Counted from the stretch's first letter, positions 8,308 through 17,342 are shown. The stretch: 64,000 bases of DNA from Acidobacteriota bacterium (GCA_017883185.1 JADGOB010000006.1:2283-66282); one strand, 5' to 3'. A program made the numbers and translations. Notes: a model not told the origin generated them from the letters alone.

Positions 8308-9600
8308 TCACTTGGAGGGCAAGCCGGCCGCGATGGCGTTTCGCGCGTCGGGGCCTTTTCTCGCGTTCCGGTACGCCCGTTCGAACGCTTCCGCCACGCG
8401 AGTCCAGCTGTGCTCCCGGAGCACATCTTCGCGCGCCCGCGCCCCCAGGCGCGCGCGCGTGTCCGGCGAACGGAGCAGCCGATCGATCGTCCCGGCCAGC
8501 CCGTCCACGTCGCGCTCGGCCACGAGCGCCGCGTTCACGTCGTCGTGCGCGACGGCCGCAATTCCGCCGGCCGTTGTCGCCACCAGCGCCGTGCCCGACG
8601 CGAGCGCCTCCATCACGACGTTGGGCAGCCCGTCCACGTTCCCGGAATCGTCTCGGATCGAGGGGACGACCGCGAGGTCGGCCGCGGCAAGGTAGTCGGC
8701 CACTTCTCCCTGCGCCAGGACACCCGGGAAGAACAGGCGGTCGGCCACCCCTTGGCCGGCGCCGCGGGCGCGCAGTTCACCGTCGAGATCACCGTCGCCC
8801 CCGATCGCGAGACGCAGGCCAGGCCACCGGGGGGCCAGGCGGGCGACGGCGTCGATCAGATACTCGAACCCCTTCTTCCGGACGAAGCGCCCGGCCGTGA
8901 AGAGCAGGGGATCGTCTTCGCGTAAGCCGAGTGGCCCTCGGACCCGCGCTCGTGCCTCGGCGTCAGGACGAAAGCGATCGGCGTCCACGCCGTACGGAAC
9001 TGTTTCAGAGCGCTCGGCCGTCGCGCCAAGGGCAATCGCGCGCGACCGGAGATCCTCGCTGCAAGCGGTCATCCAGCCGGCGTGCTGAAATACCGCGCGC
9101 GCGACGCGCTTGGCGACCGGGTTCCGTTCCGCGAGGTAGACGTCGGACCCATGGAGGCTCACCACCATCGGGAGCCGGGGACACGCCGCGGCGGCGATGG
9201 CGCCGCCCGGGATCACCCAGTGGGCGTGGATGACGGTGGCGCCGAACACGCGGGCGATGTTCCGCGCCTTCAGCCAGCCGGCGGCGAGCGCGAGGGGAGC
9301 CACCGCGTAGGCGGACAGCCGAAGACTCACGTCGGCCCGCAGCGCTCCGGCGTACCCGAAAACACAGAGGCTGCGAGCGGGCGCGTACCGGAACGGATGG
9401 AAGCGCACCCCGTCCTCGACGTGCTCGCGCGCGAGTCGCGGGTGCCACGGGATCACCATGTGCACCTCGTGACCGCGTGCGGCCACGCCGCGCGCGATCG
9501 GCTCCATGAAGGTGCCGATCGTGTCACCCGGAAACCGCGGATAGGAGGTGGCCACCATGACCACGACCTCCCGCCCCTGTGCCTTCGACCGTTCGTCCAC
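8308..9600 (-). CDS. GT4 (GT-B, Glycos_transf_1) glycosyltransferase
   Basis: ORF track, 430 aa (GTG start; the internal ATG giving MVATSYPRF is an alternative). C-terminal EX7E-type region GLPNVVMEALASGTALVAT. Confidence 0.8.
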   Translation of the reverse strand: MDERSKAQGREVVVMVATSYPRFPGDTIGTFMEPIARGVAARGHEVHMVIPWHPRLAREHVEDGVRFHPFRYAPARSLCVFGYAGALRADVSLRLSAYAVAPLALAAGWLKARNIARVFGATVIHAHWVIPGGAIAAAACPRLPMVVSLHGSDVYLAERNPVAKRVARAVFQHAGWMTACSEDLRSRAIALGATAERSETVPYGVDADRFRPDAEARARVRGPLGLREDDPLLFTAGRFVRKKGFEYLIDAVARLAPRWPGLRLAIGGDGDLDGELRARGAGQGVADRLFFPGVLAQGEVADYLAAADLAVVPSIRDDSGNVDGLPNVVMEALASGTALVATTAGGIAAVAHDDVNAALVAERDVDGLAGTIDRLLRSPDTRARLGARAREDVLREHSWTRVAEAFERAYRNARKGPDARNAIAAGLPSK

Positions 9601-9604
9601 GATG

Positions 9605-10324
9605 CTATCGCCCCAGGAGTTTCCGCAGGCGCAGGCGCCACGGCATGATCACCGACTCGGCGAGCACGCTGCTCGACAGCTTGGAGGCGCCCATCCGGCG
9701 CTCGACGAAGACGATGGGGACCTCACCGATTCGACACTGCTGCCGCGCGGCTTCGAACAGCATCTCCACCATGAACGAGTATCCATCCGACACGATCCGG
9801 CCGAGCGGGATGCGCCCGAGCGCCTCACGCCGCCAGCACCGGAAGCCGCCGGTGCAGTCGCGAACGGCCAGGCCGGTCACGGCGCGGATGTAGCGGTTGG
9901 CGAACGTGCTCAGGATGAGTCGGTGGAGCGGCCAGTTCACCACGCTGATCCCGTTCAGGTAGCGGGAACCGACGACCACTTCGTGATCCTCCGCCGCCGC
10001 GATCAGCGACGGCAGGTATTTCGGATCGTGCGAAAAGTCCGCATCCATCTGGCAGATGAGGTCGACGTCCCGCTCGAGCGCGAGGCCGAATCCCTCCACG
10101 TAGGACCTGCCGAGGCCGCGCTTGCCCACTCGGTGCACCACGTCCACGCGACCGGGAAACTCCCGGGCGAGATCGTCGGCCACCTCCCCGGTGCCGTCGG
10201 GAGACTGGTCGTCCACGATCATGACCGCGCACCCTTCGTGCTCCAGGATCTGCCGCACGAGCGGTCCCAGGTTCTCGCGTTCGTTGTAAGTCGGGATCAC
10301 GACCAGGCTGCGTGGCGTTCTCAT
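9605..10324 (-). CDS. polyprenol-monophosphomannose synthase-like GT2 (Ppm1/DPM1-like)
   Basis: C-terminal 239 aa of track ORF 9605..11416, starting MRTPRSLVVIPTYNERENL...VDDQSPDGT...MDADFSHDP. The longer ORF is an Arg-rich extension overlapping the upstream gene. ATGA overlap with that gene's stop. Confidence 0.85.
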   Translation of the reverse strand: MRTPRSLVVIPTYNERENLGPLVRQILEHEGCAVMIVDDQSPDGTGEVADDLAREFPGRVDVVHRVGKRGLGRSYVEGFGLALERDVDLICQMDADFSHDPKYLPSLIAAAEDHEVVVGSRYLNGISVVNWPLHRLILSTFANRYIRAVTGLAVRDCTGGFRCWRREALGRIPLGRIVSDGYSFMVEMLFEAARQQCRIGEVPIVFVERRMGASKLSSSVLAESVIMPWRLRLRKLLGR

Positions 10325-11685
10325 CGTCGTCCTGCGCTCCCCTCTCGATCGGTCAGCATCGCCGGCGCGCAGGCGGCCGCGTACACGATCAGCACGGGGT
10401 CGATCACCGGGATCCGAAAGCGTTCCTGGGGAAAGAACACGAGACACACCATCACGGAGGCGGCGGCCAGCAACCAGAGCGCCACGGGGGGCGTTGTGCA
10501 GCCTCGCGCCCGCCACGCGCCGACGACGGCGAATGGCAGCACGAGCAGGTACGACGCGACCGAGGCGACGACGAACCGCGTGGAGTGCAGCGTGTACGAC
10601 GGCCCGACAGGGACCATGGTGTAGAAGGCCTTTCGCGCGAGCAGGTCGATCCACCGGACCGGGTCGCTGCGAATGTCGTCGAGCGCAGCCCTGTAGAAGA
10701 TTCCCTCGAGAGCCTCCGGCGTGGCGTTGCCGGCCGCGCGTTCGATTTCGAGGGCCGCGCGCTTCATCTCGAGGTTCGCCGCAAGGTCGCCTTCGCCACG
10801 CGCCAGCCGGTTGTTGCCCGTCCAGAATGTCACGCCGCCTTCCGAGGCGACCAGCACGAACCGGCCGTAGACCGCGTGGTTCCTGGCGGTCCAGGGAAAG
10901 ACGACGAGCATCGCGCCGGCGAGCACCGCCGCGAGCCACCATCCGCGGCGGCGAACGAGCCCCCAGGCCGCGACGAGCGCCAGGAACAACAGGATGGCCG
11001 GGCGCGCCAGCGCGGCGAGGCCGGTCAGCAGCCCGCCGGCCAGCGCAAGCCCGTACGACCGAACGGCGGTCGTCGGCGTCATCGCGCGGTCGATCACGAG
11101 CGCGGCCAGCAAGGCGAGCACCGCGTAGAGACTCTCGCTCAGCGCGTAGCTGCCGATCCAGACCAGCGGGGGGTAAACCGCCGCCAGGAACGCGGCCGCG
11201 ACCCCGGCGACGGCCGGGTGACGGCCTGCCAACTGCCGGCCGGCGACCGCCGCAGCACCTGGCCCCGCGACTCGCGTCGCCCACCACCCGACGAGCCAGA
11301 TGAGGGCGCAGCCGAGCAGCGCCTGCACGACCTTCACCTCGGTCGGCACCGACGCGGGCAGGCGATCCCCGCGAATCGCGCTCCCCGGAACCGCCACGGA
11401 GATACCCGCGAGCCACAGCGGGTAGAGCGGCGCCCGCCCGACGTGCCGCCCCTCAACCCTCCCCGATTCCGGCGACGCGTACGAGAACCCGCGGCCGTGG
11501 GCCAGGTTGTGAGCCAGCAGCAGGTACTCCTGTTCATCGAGCGTGAGGGGCTTGTCCACCCAATACGCCAGGCCGAAGACCAGGCGCAGGACGAAGCCGA
11601 GGAGCACGGCCGCCGCGAGCCACCAGCCAGTGCGGTTCGAGCCCGGCGGCGCCGTCGTCGGTCCGGCTCCTGGCGCCCGCATCAT
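10321..11685 (-). CDS. GT-C fold membrane glycosyltransferase (PMT_2 / GT39-GT83-like)
   Basis: ORF track, 454 aa, polytopic hydrophobic protein (WWLAAAVLLGFVLRLVFGLAYW..., DEQEYLLLAHNLAHGRGF). It lies directly upstream of and is coupled to the Ppm1-like GT2. Confidence 0.7.
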   Translation of the reverse strand: MMRAPGAGPTTAPPGSNRTGWWLAAAVLLGFVLRLVFGLAYWVDKPLTLDEQEYLLLAHNLAHGRGFSYASPESGRVEGRHVGRAPLYPLWLAGISVAVPGSAIRGDRLPASVPTEVKVVQALLGCALIWLVGWWATRVAGPGAAAVAGRQLAGRHPAVAGVAAAFLAAVYPPLVWIGSYALSESLYAVLALLAALVIDRAMTPTTAVRSYGLALAGGLLTGLAALARPAILLFLALVAAWGLVRRRGWWLAAVLAGAMLVVFPWTARNHAVYGRFVLVASEGGVTFWTGNNRLARGEGDLAANLEMKRAALEIERAAGNATPEALEGIFYRAALDDIRSDPVRWIDLLARKAFYTMVPVGPSYTLHSTRFVVASVASYLLVLPFAVVGAWRARGCTTPPVALWLLAAASVMVCLVFFPQERFRIPVIDPVLIVYAAACAPAMLTDREGSAGRR

Positions 11686-12546
11686 CTACTCCCGTCCTTC
11701 GAAGCGGAGTGCTGCGATCTGCTCGGACACCAGTCCCATCAGGAACACGATCACGCCGAGCATGATGAGGAGCACCGAGGAGTTCGTCACGTGCGACTGC
11801 GTGGCGATGGTCCACATGGCGTAGCCGAGGCCGACCGCGAACGATGCGAGGCTGACGGGCAGGAACACGCGCAGCGGGCTGAAGATCGTGACGACCTTGA
11901 GCACGATCAGGGAGAACTTGGCGCCGTCGCGCAGCAGCCGGATCTTCGACTGGCCCACCCGCAGGCGCGCCTCGACCGGCTCGAACACCACGTTGTAGCC
12001 CGCTTTGATGAAGGCCAGGGTCGTGGTCGTCGGCGCCGAGAACCCGTTGGGCAGCAGGTGGATGAACTCGTGGAGGTGCTGCCGCCGCGCGGCGCGAAAC
12101 CCGGACGTCAGGTCGGGGATTGGCCGGCCCGTCAGGTACGAGGCGAGGCCGTTGAGCAGGTGGTTGCCGAGACGCCGGGCCACGGTGGCCTGCGTGGCGT
12201 GCGCCCGCGCGCCGACCACCAGGTCGTAGTCGCCGAGCCGCGACACGAGGCGCGTGGCGTCCGCCGGCTGGTGCTGCCCGTCGGCGTCGATGATCAGCAC
12301 GTACTCGCCGGTCGCTTCGCGGATGCCGCTCTTCACTGACGCGCCGTTGCCCTTGTTGTACGGATGGCGGACCACCCGCGCGCCGGCGGCCTGCGCCGCG
12401 GCGCTCGTGGCATCCGTCGACCCGTCGTCCACGACGAGGATCTCGTGCCACGCGGCCGATCGGCGCAGCCCCGAGACGACATCGGCGATGTCGTCGGCCT
12501 CGTTGAAGGCGGGGATCACGACGGACGTCTGTTCGGGTGACGCCAC
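11686..12546 (-). CDS. GT2 glycosyltransferase with C-terminal transmembrane helices (GtrB / bactoprenol-glycosyltransferase-like)
   Basis: C-terminal 286 aa of track ORF 11686..13308, from GTG 12546 (VASPEQTSVVIPAFNEADDI...VVDDGSTDAT...IDADGQH), with two C-terminal hydrophobic helices. The upstream part of the ORF is Arg-rich junk overlapping the next gene. Confidence 0.8.
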   Translation of the reverse strand: MASPEQTSVVIPAFNEADDIADVVSGLRRSAAWHEILVVDDGSTDATSAAAQAAGARVVRHPYNKGNGASVKSGIREATGEYVLIIDADGQHQPADATRLVSRLGDYDLVVGARAHATQATVARRLGNHLLNGLASYLTGRPIPDLTSGFRAARRQHLHEFIHLLPNGFSAPTTTTLAFIKAGYNVVFEPVEARLRVGQSKIRLLRDGAKFSLIVLKVVTIFSPLRVFLPVSLASFAVGLGYAMWTIATQSHVTNSSVLLIMLGVIVFLMGLVSEQIAALRFEGRE

Positions 12547-13541
12547 TAGCGCTCCACGTGTTCCTGCTTGCGGGCGGCCGCGGTGACCGCGCTTTCGCCG
12601 AGCGTCAGCTCGATACCTCGGACCCGGTAGAGCAGGTCTTCGATCAGTTTCCGGTTGCCGGAAATCACATCCGCGACGAGGCCGATCAACGCGACCTGGA
12701 AGCCGACGATCAGCAGCACGGCCGCGAGGATCAACGACTGCAGGTGCCCGCGGCCCGTGCCCGTCAGGTAGAAGTAGAGGAACCGGATCGACACGCCAAC
12801 GCCGCAGAGGAAGACGACGGTGCCGATCGAGGTAAAGACCTTGAGCGGCTCGTACATCGTGTAGATGCGGACGATCGTCGCGGCCGACGCCTTGATGTAG
12901 GCCCACGTGCTGCTGAACAACCGCGACTCGCGCATGCGCGGGTTCGTCGCGATCGGCACGTGCGCGATCGCCATCCGCTTCTTCCCCGCCTGGATGATCG
13001 ACTCCAGCGTGTACGAGAAGTCGGACACGATGGTGAGCCGGAGCGCCGCGTCGCGGGTGTAGGCCCTGAACCCGCTCGTCGTGTCGGGCACCCGCGTGTT
13101 CGACACCTGGCGCACCACCCAGCTTCCCAGCAACTGCAGGCGCTTCCTGGTGGCGCTCATCTGCTTGACGGCCTGGATGTTCCGGTCGCCGATGACCATG
13201 TCGGCTTCGGCCGACAGCAGCGGCTGCAGCAGCGTGCCGACGTCCTTCGCGCAGTACTGGTTGTCCCCGTCCGTGTTGACGATGAAGTCGGCGCCGAGCT
13301 TGAGGCACGCATCGATGCCGGCCATGAACGCCGCGGCCAGGCCCTTGCGACGGCGGAACCGCACGACGTGATGGACGCCGTGCGCCCTCGCGACCTCGGA
13401 CGTCCCGTCGGTCGAGCCGTCATCGACCACCAGGAACTCGACGACATCGATGCCGGGCACGTGGCGCGGCAGGTCGGCAATCGTCTCCGGGAGCGTCTTC
13501 GCCTCGTTCAGGCACGGGATCTGGATGATGAGTTTCTTCAC
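12546..13541 (-). CDS. GT2 glycosyltransferase with C-terminal transmembrane helices (GtrB-like), second copy
   Basis: C-terminal 331 aa of track ORF 12546..15020, from GTG 13541 (VKKLIIQIPCLNEAKTL...VVDDGSTDGT...NTDGDNQY), with C-terminal TM helices. GTGA overlap with the upstream GT4 stop. Confidence 0.8.
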   Translation of the reverse strand: MKKLIIQIPCLNEAKTLPETIADLPRHVPGIDVVEFLVVDDGSTDGTSEVARAHGVHHVVRFRRRKGLAAAFMAGIDACLKLGADFIVNTDGDNQYCAKDVGTLLQPLLSAEADMVIGDRNIQAVKQMSATRKRLQLLGSWVVRQVSNTRVPDTTSGFRAYTRDAALRLTIVSDFSYTLESIIQAGKKRMAIAHVPIATNPRMRESRLFSSTWAYIKASAATIVRIYTMYEPLKVFTSIGTVVFLCGVGVSIRFLYFYLTGTGRGHLQSLILAAVLLIVGFQVALIGLVADVISGNRKLIEDLLYRVRGIELTLGESAVTAAARKQEHVER

Positions 13542-14584
13542 TGTCCACCAACGAACTTCTCGATGACGCCGTCCCACGTAATCGTCTGCGCGCGCTCGCG
13601 TCCGGCAGCCCCGAGCGACGCCGCCCGCGCGCGGCTGGCGGCCAGGCCGTTCATCGCCCGCGCGATGTCGTCGGCATCCGGCGCGCAGACGTACCCGTTC
13701 ACCCCGTCCTCGACGAACTCGAGGACGCCGCCCGAATCCGAGGCGGTCACCACCGGCTTGCCGCTCAGGAACGCCTCGAGCGTCACGTACCCGTAATCCT
13801 CGTCGAACGGGGCATAGACGACGCCGAGCGCGCCCGCGTAGAGATCGACAAGGTCGTCGTCCGAACGGGCGCCGAGGAACTCCACACGGTCGCGGACCCC
13901 CGCCTCCTCCGCCACCCGTTCCACGTTCTCGCGCTGCGTGCCCTCGCCGACGACGAGCAGCCGCACGCCAGGGTCCACGTGCCGGAACGCCCGAATCGCG
14001 AGGTCCACGCGCTTGATCGACTCGAGGCGGCCCACCGACAGGATATAGTCGCCGAACGCGCCGCAGCGCAACCGATCCGCCAGCCTCGGGGGATGATAGA
14101 GCGGCTCGGCGCCGACGCCCACGTATTTCTGCAGGCGGTTGGCGACGTTCCGGGCGATCGCATAGATGCGGCGCGACTCGAGCAGCATCTCGCGATCGAG
14201 ACTGAAAATGCGCTCGCGCAACGCCACGTCGAGCTCGGTGTAATCGAAATCGCCGTACTCGGTTCCGCAGAGCTCGTACGCGGCGCGGTACTGGTGCGTG
14301 AGCCAGGTGACCTTGTTCGGGTGTCGCACGAAGTACGACGGGAACTTCGTGGTGATCACCATGTCGATCGGCCGGCCGTTGCTCTCGCTGAGGTCGAGCA
14401 GCCGCCACGCGGCCGCGTGCGTGAGGATCTCCTGCTTGGGATACCACTTGAACGGCACCGACACGATGCCGGCGGCGTACCCGCGGAGCGTCAACTGGTG
14501 CGCGAGCTGGCGGACCAGTCGCTCGGCGCCGCCTTCGACGAGCGGCACCTGCACTTCGCAGACGAGGACGGTGCGGACGGACAT
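13538..14584 (-). CDS. GT4 (GT-B) glycosyltransferase; first gene of the glycan cluster
   Basis: ORF track, 348 aa. GGAERLVRQLAHQL N-terminal motif and EDYGYVTLEAFLSGKPVV EX7E-type region. Confidence 0.8.
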   Translation of the reverse strand: MSVRTVLVCEVQVPLVEGGAERLVRQLAHQLTLRGYAAGIVSVPFKWYPKQEILTHAAAWRLLDLSESNGRPIDMVITTKFPSYFVRHPNKVTWLTHQYRAAYELCGTEYGDFDYTELDVALRERIFSLDREMLLESRRIYAIARNVANRLQKYVGVGAEPLYHPPRLADRLRCGAFGDYILSVGRLESIKRVDLAIRAFRHVDPGVRLLVVGEGTQRENVERVAEEAGVRDRVEFLGARSDDDLVDLYAGALGVVYAPFDEDYGYVTLEAFLSGKPVVTASDSGGVLEFVEDGVNGYVCAPDADDIARAMNGLAASRARAASLGAAGRERAQTITWDGVIEKFVGGQ

Positions 14585-14587
14585 AAC

Positions 14588-14619
14588 AGTTGAAGAGAAG
14601 GGCGAGGCAGGTCTCGCCC
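14588..14619 (-). terminator. candidate intrinsic terminator downstream of ychF
   Basis: Minus-strand read: GGGCGAG-ACCTGC-CTCGCCC followed by TTCTCTTCAACTGTT. The 7-bp GC stem is at 14600-14619. The T-tract is interrupted, so this is only moderate. Confidence 0.45.
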
Positions 14620-14635
14620 GCGGACAGCCATCCAG

Positions 14636-15730
14636 TTACGTGGCGAACCGGAAATTGATCACGTCCCCGTCCTCGACCACGTACTCCTTGCCCTCGAGTC
14701 GGACCTCCGCGTGCTCGCGGCAAGTACCAAGCGATCCTCGGGCGACAAGGTGCTCGAAACGCACGACCTCGGCCCGGATGAACCCGCGCGCGATGTCCGA
14801 GTGAATCTCCCCGGCCGCCACCTGCGCGTGCGTTCCGCGCGGGACCGACCAGGCGCGGCATTCGTCCTCGCCCGCGGTGAGGAAGGAAATGTAGCCAAGC
14901 AGGTCGTAGGTGGTCCTGATCACCCGATTGACGCCGGGTTCCGCCAGGCCGAGATCGGCGAGAAACGCCTGCGCATCTGCGGCGTCCAGTTGCCCGATCT
15001 CGAGCTCGATCTTCGCGCACACCGCTACGACACCTGTGCCGGCGCGCGAGAGGAAGGTGGTCAGCCCGGCCACCTCGGCGGCTCGCGCTCCGTCGGCGAG
15101 GAGCGCCGTGTCGGCCTCGTCGAGATTCACCACGAGCAGCAGCGGCTTGGCCGAGAGGAACTGGAACCCTCTCAGCATCTTCCGCTCGTCGTCGGTCATC
15201 GAGAGGCCGCGGAGCGGCAGGCCGTTCTCCAGCGCGTCCTTGCAGCGGATGATGAGCGCCTTTTCGCGCTCCAGCTCCGGTGTCCGCCCCTTCTTCATGT
15301 CGCGATTGATCCGATCGAGGCGCTTCTCGGTCACCGCGAGATCGGCAAGGAGGAGCTCGTCCTCCATCGCCTGAGCGTCAGTGGCCGGGTTGATCCCGTC
15401 CGCGTGGTGCGTGACCGTCGGGTCGCGGAACGCGCGGATCACGTGCACGAGCGCATCGGCGTTGCGGTACGGCGCCACGTCGAGCAGCGCCTGCGCGCCC
15501 GTTCGACCCGGCCCGACCAGGTCTGCGAATTCCACGGTGGCGGGCGTCGTCTTCTTCGGCTTGTACAGATCGGCCAGCCGATCCACGCGGACGTCAGGCA
15601 CACGGGCGACCCCGACGACCGCTTCGAGCTTGCCGTGGCCCGCCTTGGGGGCCTCGTGCTGGTTCGTCATCAGCTGAAACAGCGCCGTCTTGCCGGACGA
15701 GGGAAATCCAATCAGTGCAGTTCGTAGCAT
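14636..15730 (-). CDS. ychF: redox-regulated ATPase YchF (Obg-family)
   Basis: ORF track, 364 aa. N-terminal P-loop GFPSSGKTALF, a central coiled insertion and a C-terminal TGS-like end ...EGKEYVVEDGDVINFRF. Confidence 0.9.
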   Translation of the reverse strand: MLRTALIGFPSSGKTALFQLMTNQHEAPKAGHGKLEAVVGVARVPDVRVDRLADLYKPKKTTPATVEFADLVGPGRTGAQALLDVAPYRNADALVHVIRAFRDPTVTHHADGINPATDAQAMEDELLLADLAVTEKRLDRINRDMKKGRTPELEREKALIIRCKDALENGLPLRGLSMTDDERKMLRGFQFLSAKPLLLVVNLDEADTALLADGARAAEVAGLTTFLSRAGTGVVAVCAKIELEIGQLDAADAQAFLADLGLAEPGVNRVIRTTYDLLGYISFLTAGEDECRAWSVPRGTHAQVAAGEIHSDIARGFIRAEVVRFEHLVARGSLGTCREHAEVRLEGKEYVVEDGDVINFRFAT

Positions 15731-15894
15731 GCCAAACCTCGAATGCTATCACGCTCGCGGCAGACCCGGAACGATTGCCCGCCACACGGGCCCCCAGCCA
15801 TCGTCTTGGACGTCTGAACTTGGATAGGCCAGCGAAGCAAAAGCGAACCACCGACGTCCCCGCGCGCAGGGCAACCTCTTCCATTTCTTAGGGA

Positions 15895-15923
15895 TTGACA
15901 ACCCCCAACTCGTCCCTTACCAT
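15895..15923 (+). promoter_or_regulatory. sigma70-type promoter of the dcw cluster (Pmra-like)
   Basis: TTGACA (15895-15900), a 17-nt spacer, then TACCAT (15918-15923), about 40 nt upstream of the mraZ ATG. Confidence 0.6.
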
Positions 15924-15926
15924 CCG

Positions 15927-15951
15927 AGTGGTCCAAAGTGGAGCGAGGTGG
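15927..15951 (+). promoter_or_regulatory. three direct GTGG boxes at exact 10-nt spacing (candidate MraZ operator)
   Basis: gAGTGGt (15928), aAGTGGa (15938), aGGTGGg (15948). They lie immediately downstream of the -10 box and upstream of mraZ. Confidence 0.55.
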
Positions 15952-15961
15952 GAGAGTAAGC

Positions 15962-16429
15962 ATGTTGCGCGGCAGTTTCACGGCGAAAATCGACGAAAAG
16001 AGCCGCCTGAAGATTCCCCGCGACTTCCTCAAGTCGATCGAGGAGAAATTCGGCCGCGAGTTCTTCGTGACCAGCCTCGATGGCATCTCTGCCCACCTCT
16101 ACCCGATGCCCGTCTGGACTGAGATCGAACGGCAACTTGGCGCGCAGGGGCTGGTCCGGGATCCCGAAGTGGATCGCTTCTTCAAACATACCAGCTTTTA
16201 TGGCCAGGTGGCCGAGATCGACAACCAGGGCCGCCTGCTGATCCACCCTCGGCTCCGCGAGAGAGCGAGCATGGCCGGCGACGTGGACGTGGTCGGCAAC
16301 TTCGACCACCTCGAGGTCTGGAACCTGGAGCGGCTCAAGGCGGATCTGGCGGCCGCGCCGTTCACCGACAACGACCGGCGCGTCGTGGCGGGCCTGCTGC
16401 GGCAGACTCAGAAAATCGAGACCCCGTAA
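15962..16429 (+). CDS. mraZ: transcriptional regulator MraZ
   Basis: Track ORF 15938..16429, trimmed to ATG 15962 (MLRGSFTAKIDEKSRLKIPRDF...). Duplicated SpoVT/AbrB-like halves, GGAGAG RBS upstream, first gene of the dcw cluster. Confidence 0.9.
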   Translation: MLRGSFTAKIDEKSRLKIPRDFLKSIEEKFGREFFVTSLDGISAHLYPMPVWTEIERQLGAQGLVRDPEVDRFFKHTSFYGQVAEIDNQGRLLIHPRLRERASMAGDVDVVGNFDHLEVWNLERLKADLAAAPFTDNDRRVVAGLLRQTQKIETP

Positions 16430-16448
16430 CGGGCGGCAAGGACGGCCA

Positions 16449-17342
16449 GTGACCATGCCCGAGCACGTTCCGGTGATGAGAGCCGAGGTTCTGCACGCTC
16501 TCGATCCGCAGCGCGGCGGGCTCTTCGTGGATTGCACGCTCGGCCTTGGAGGCCACGCTGCGGCGGTGCTGGAGGCGGGGGCGACACGGCTGATCGGGAT
16601 CGACAGGGACCTCGAGGCGCTGTCGATTGCGCGCGAGCGCCTGGGGCGATGGGCCGATCGGGTGGAGTTCGTGCACGCGGATTACAAGGACCTCGGCGAG
16701 GTGCTCGACGCGCGCGGGGTGCAGTGCGCGGACGGCATCGTCGCCGATCTTGGCGTCTCCTCGCTGCAGTTCGACGGCGAGGGGCGCGGGTTCAGTTTCC
16801 AGAGGGACGAACCGCTCGACATGCGGATGGACCGGTCGGCCGGAATGACGGCCGCTGATCTGATCGCGGAGCTCGAGGAGCACGAACTCGCCGACCTGGT
16901 CTACGCGTTCGGCGAGGAGCGCTACTCGCGGAGGATTGCGCGCGCGGTCGTGGAAGCACGCCGCGAGGGTCCGGTCGCCACGACGGGGCAGCTCGCGGCC
17001 ATCGTGCGTCGGGCGGTGCCACGGAAGGGCTACAGCCCGATTCACCCTGCGACGCGCACGTTCCAGGCGCTGCGAATCCGCGTGAACGGCGAGCTCGACG
17101 GGCTCGATCGATTCGTAGACCACGCGTGCCGGCGGCTGGCGCCGGGCGGGCGCCTGGTCGTGATCGCGTTTCACTCGCTCGAGGACCGGATCGTCAAGCA
17201 CACGCTGCGGCAGCTCGCGGCCGACGAGACGCGGTCACTCCGGCTGCTGGCCCGCAAGGCGGGCCAGCCCACCGACGAGGAAGTGGCCATCAACCCGAGG
17301 GCCCGGAGCGCAAAGCTCAGGGCCGTCGAGCGAGTGGCTTGA
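16449..17342 (+). CDS. rsmH: 16S rRNA (cytosine1402-N4)-methyltransferase RsmH
   Basis: ORF track, 297 aa. HVPVM...FVDCTLGLGGHA...SLEDRIVK motifs. Start is GTG 16449 or ATG 16455. Confidence 0.92.
   Translation: MTMPEHVPVMRAEVLHALDPQRGGLFVDCTLGLGGHAAAVLEAGATRLIGIDRDLEALSIARERLGRWADRVEFVHADYKDLGEVLDARGVQCADGIVADLGVSSLQFDGEGRGFSFQRDEPLDMRMDRSAGMTAADLIAELEEHELADLVYAFGEERYSRRIARAVVEARREGPVATTGQLAAIVRRAVPRKGYSPIHPATRTFQALRIRVNGELDGLDRFVDHACRRLAPGGRLVVIAFHSLEDRIVKHTLRQLAADETRSLRLLARKAGQPTDEEVAINPRARSAKLRAVERVA

Noticed and set aside
9605-15020. Very long track ORFs 9605..11416 (603 aa), 11686..13308 (540 aa) and 12546..15020 (824 aa), which could be read as large fusion proteins
   Set aside because: Only the C-terminal 239-331 aa of each look like real GT2 proteins. 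The N-terminal extensions are Arg/Gly-rich and overlap neighbouring genes that are well supported in other frames. Internal ATG/GTG starts at 4-nt or 1-nt overlaps with the upstream stops give normal-sized proteins.
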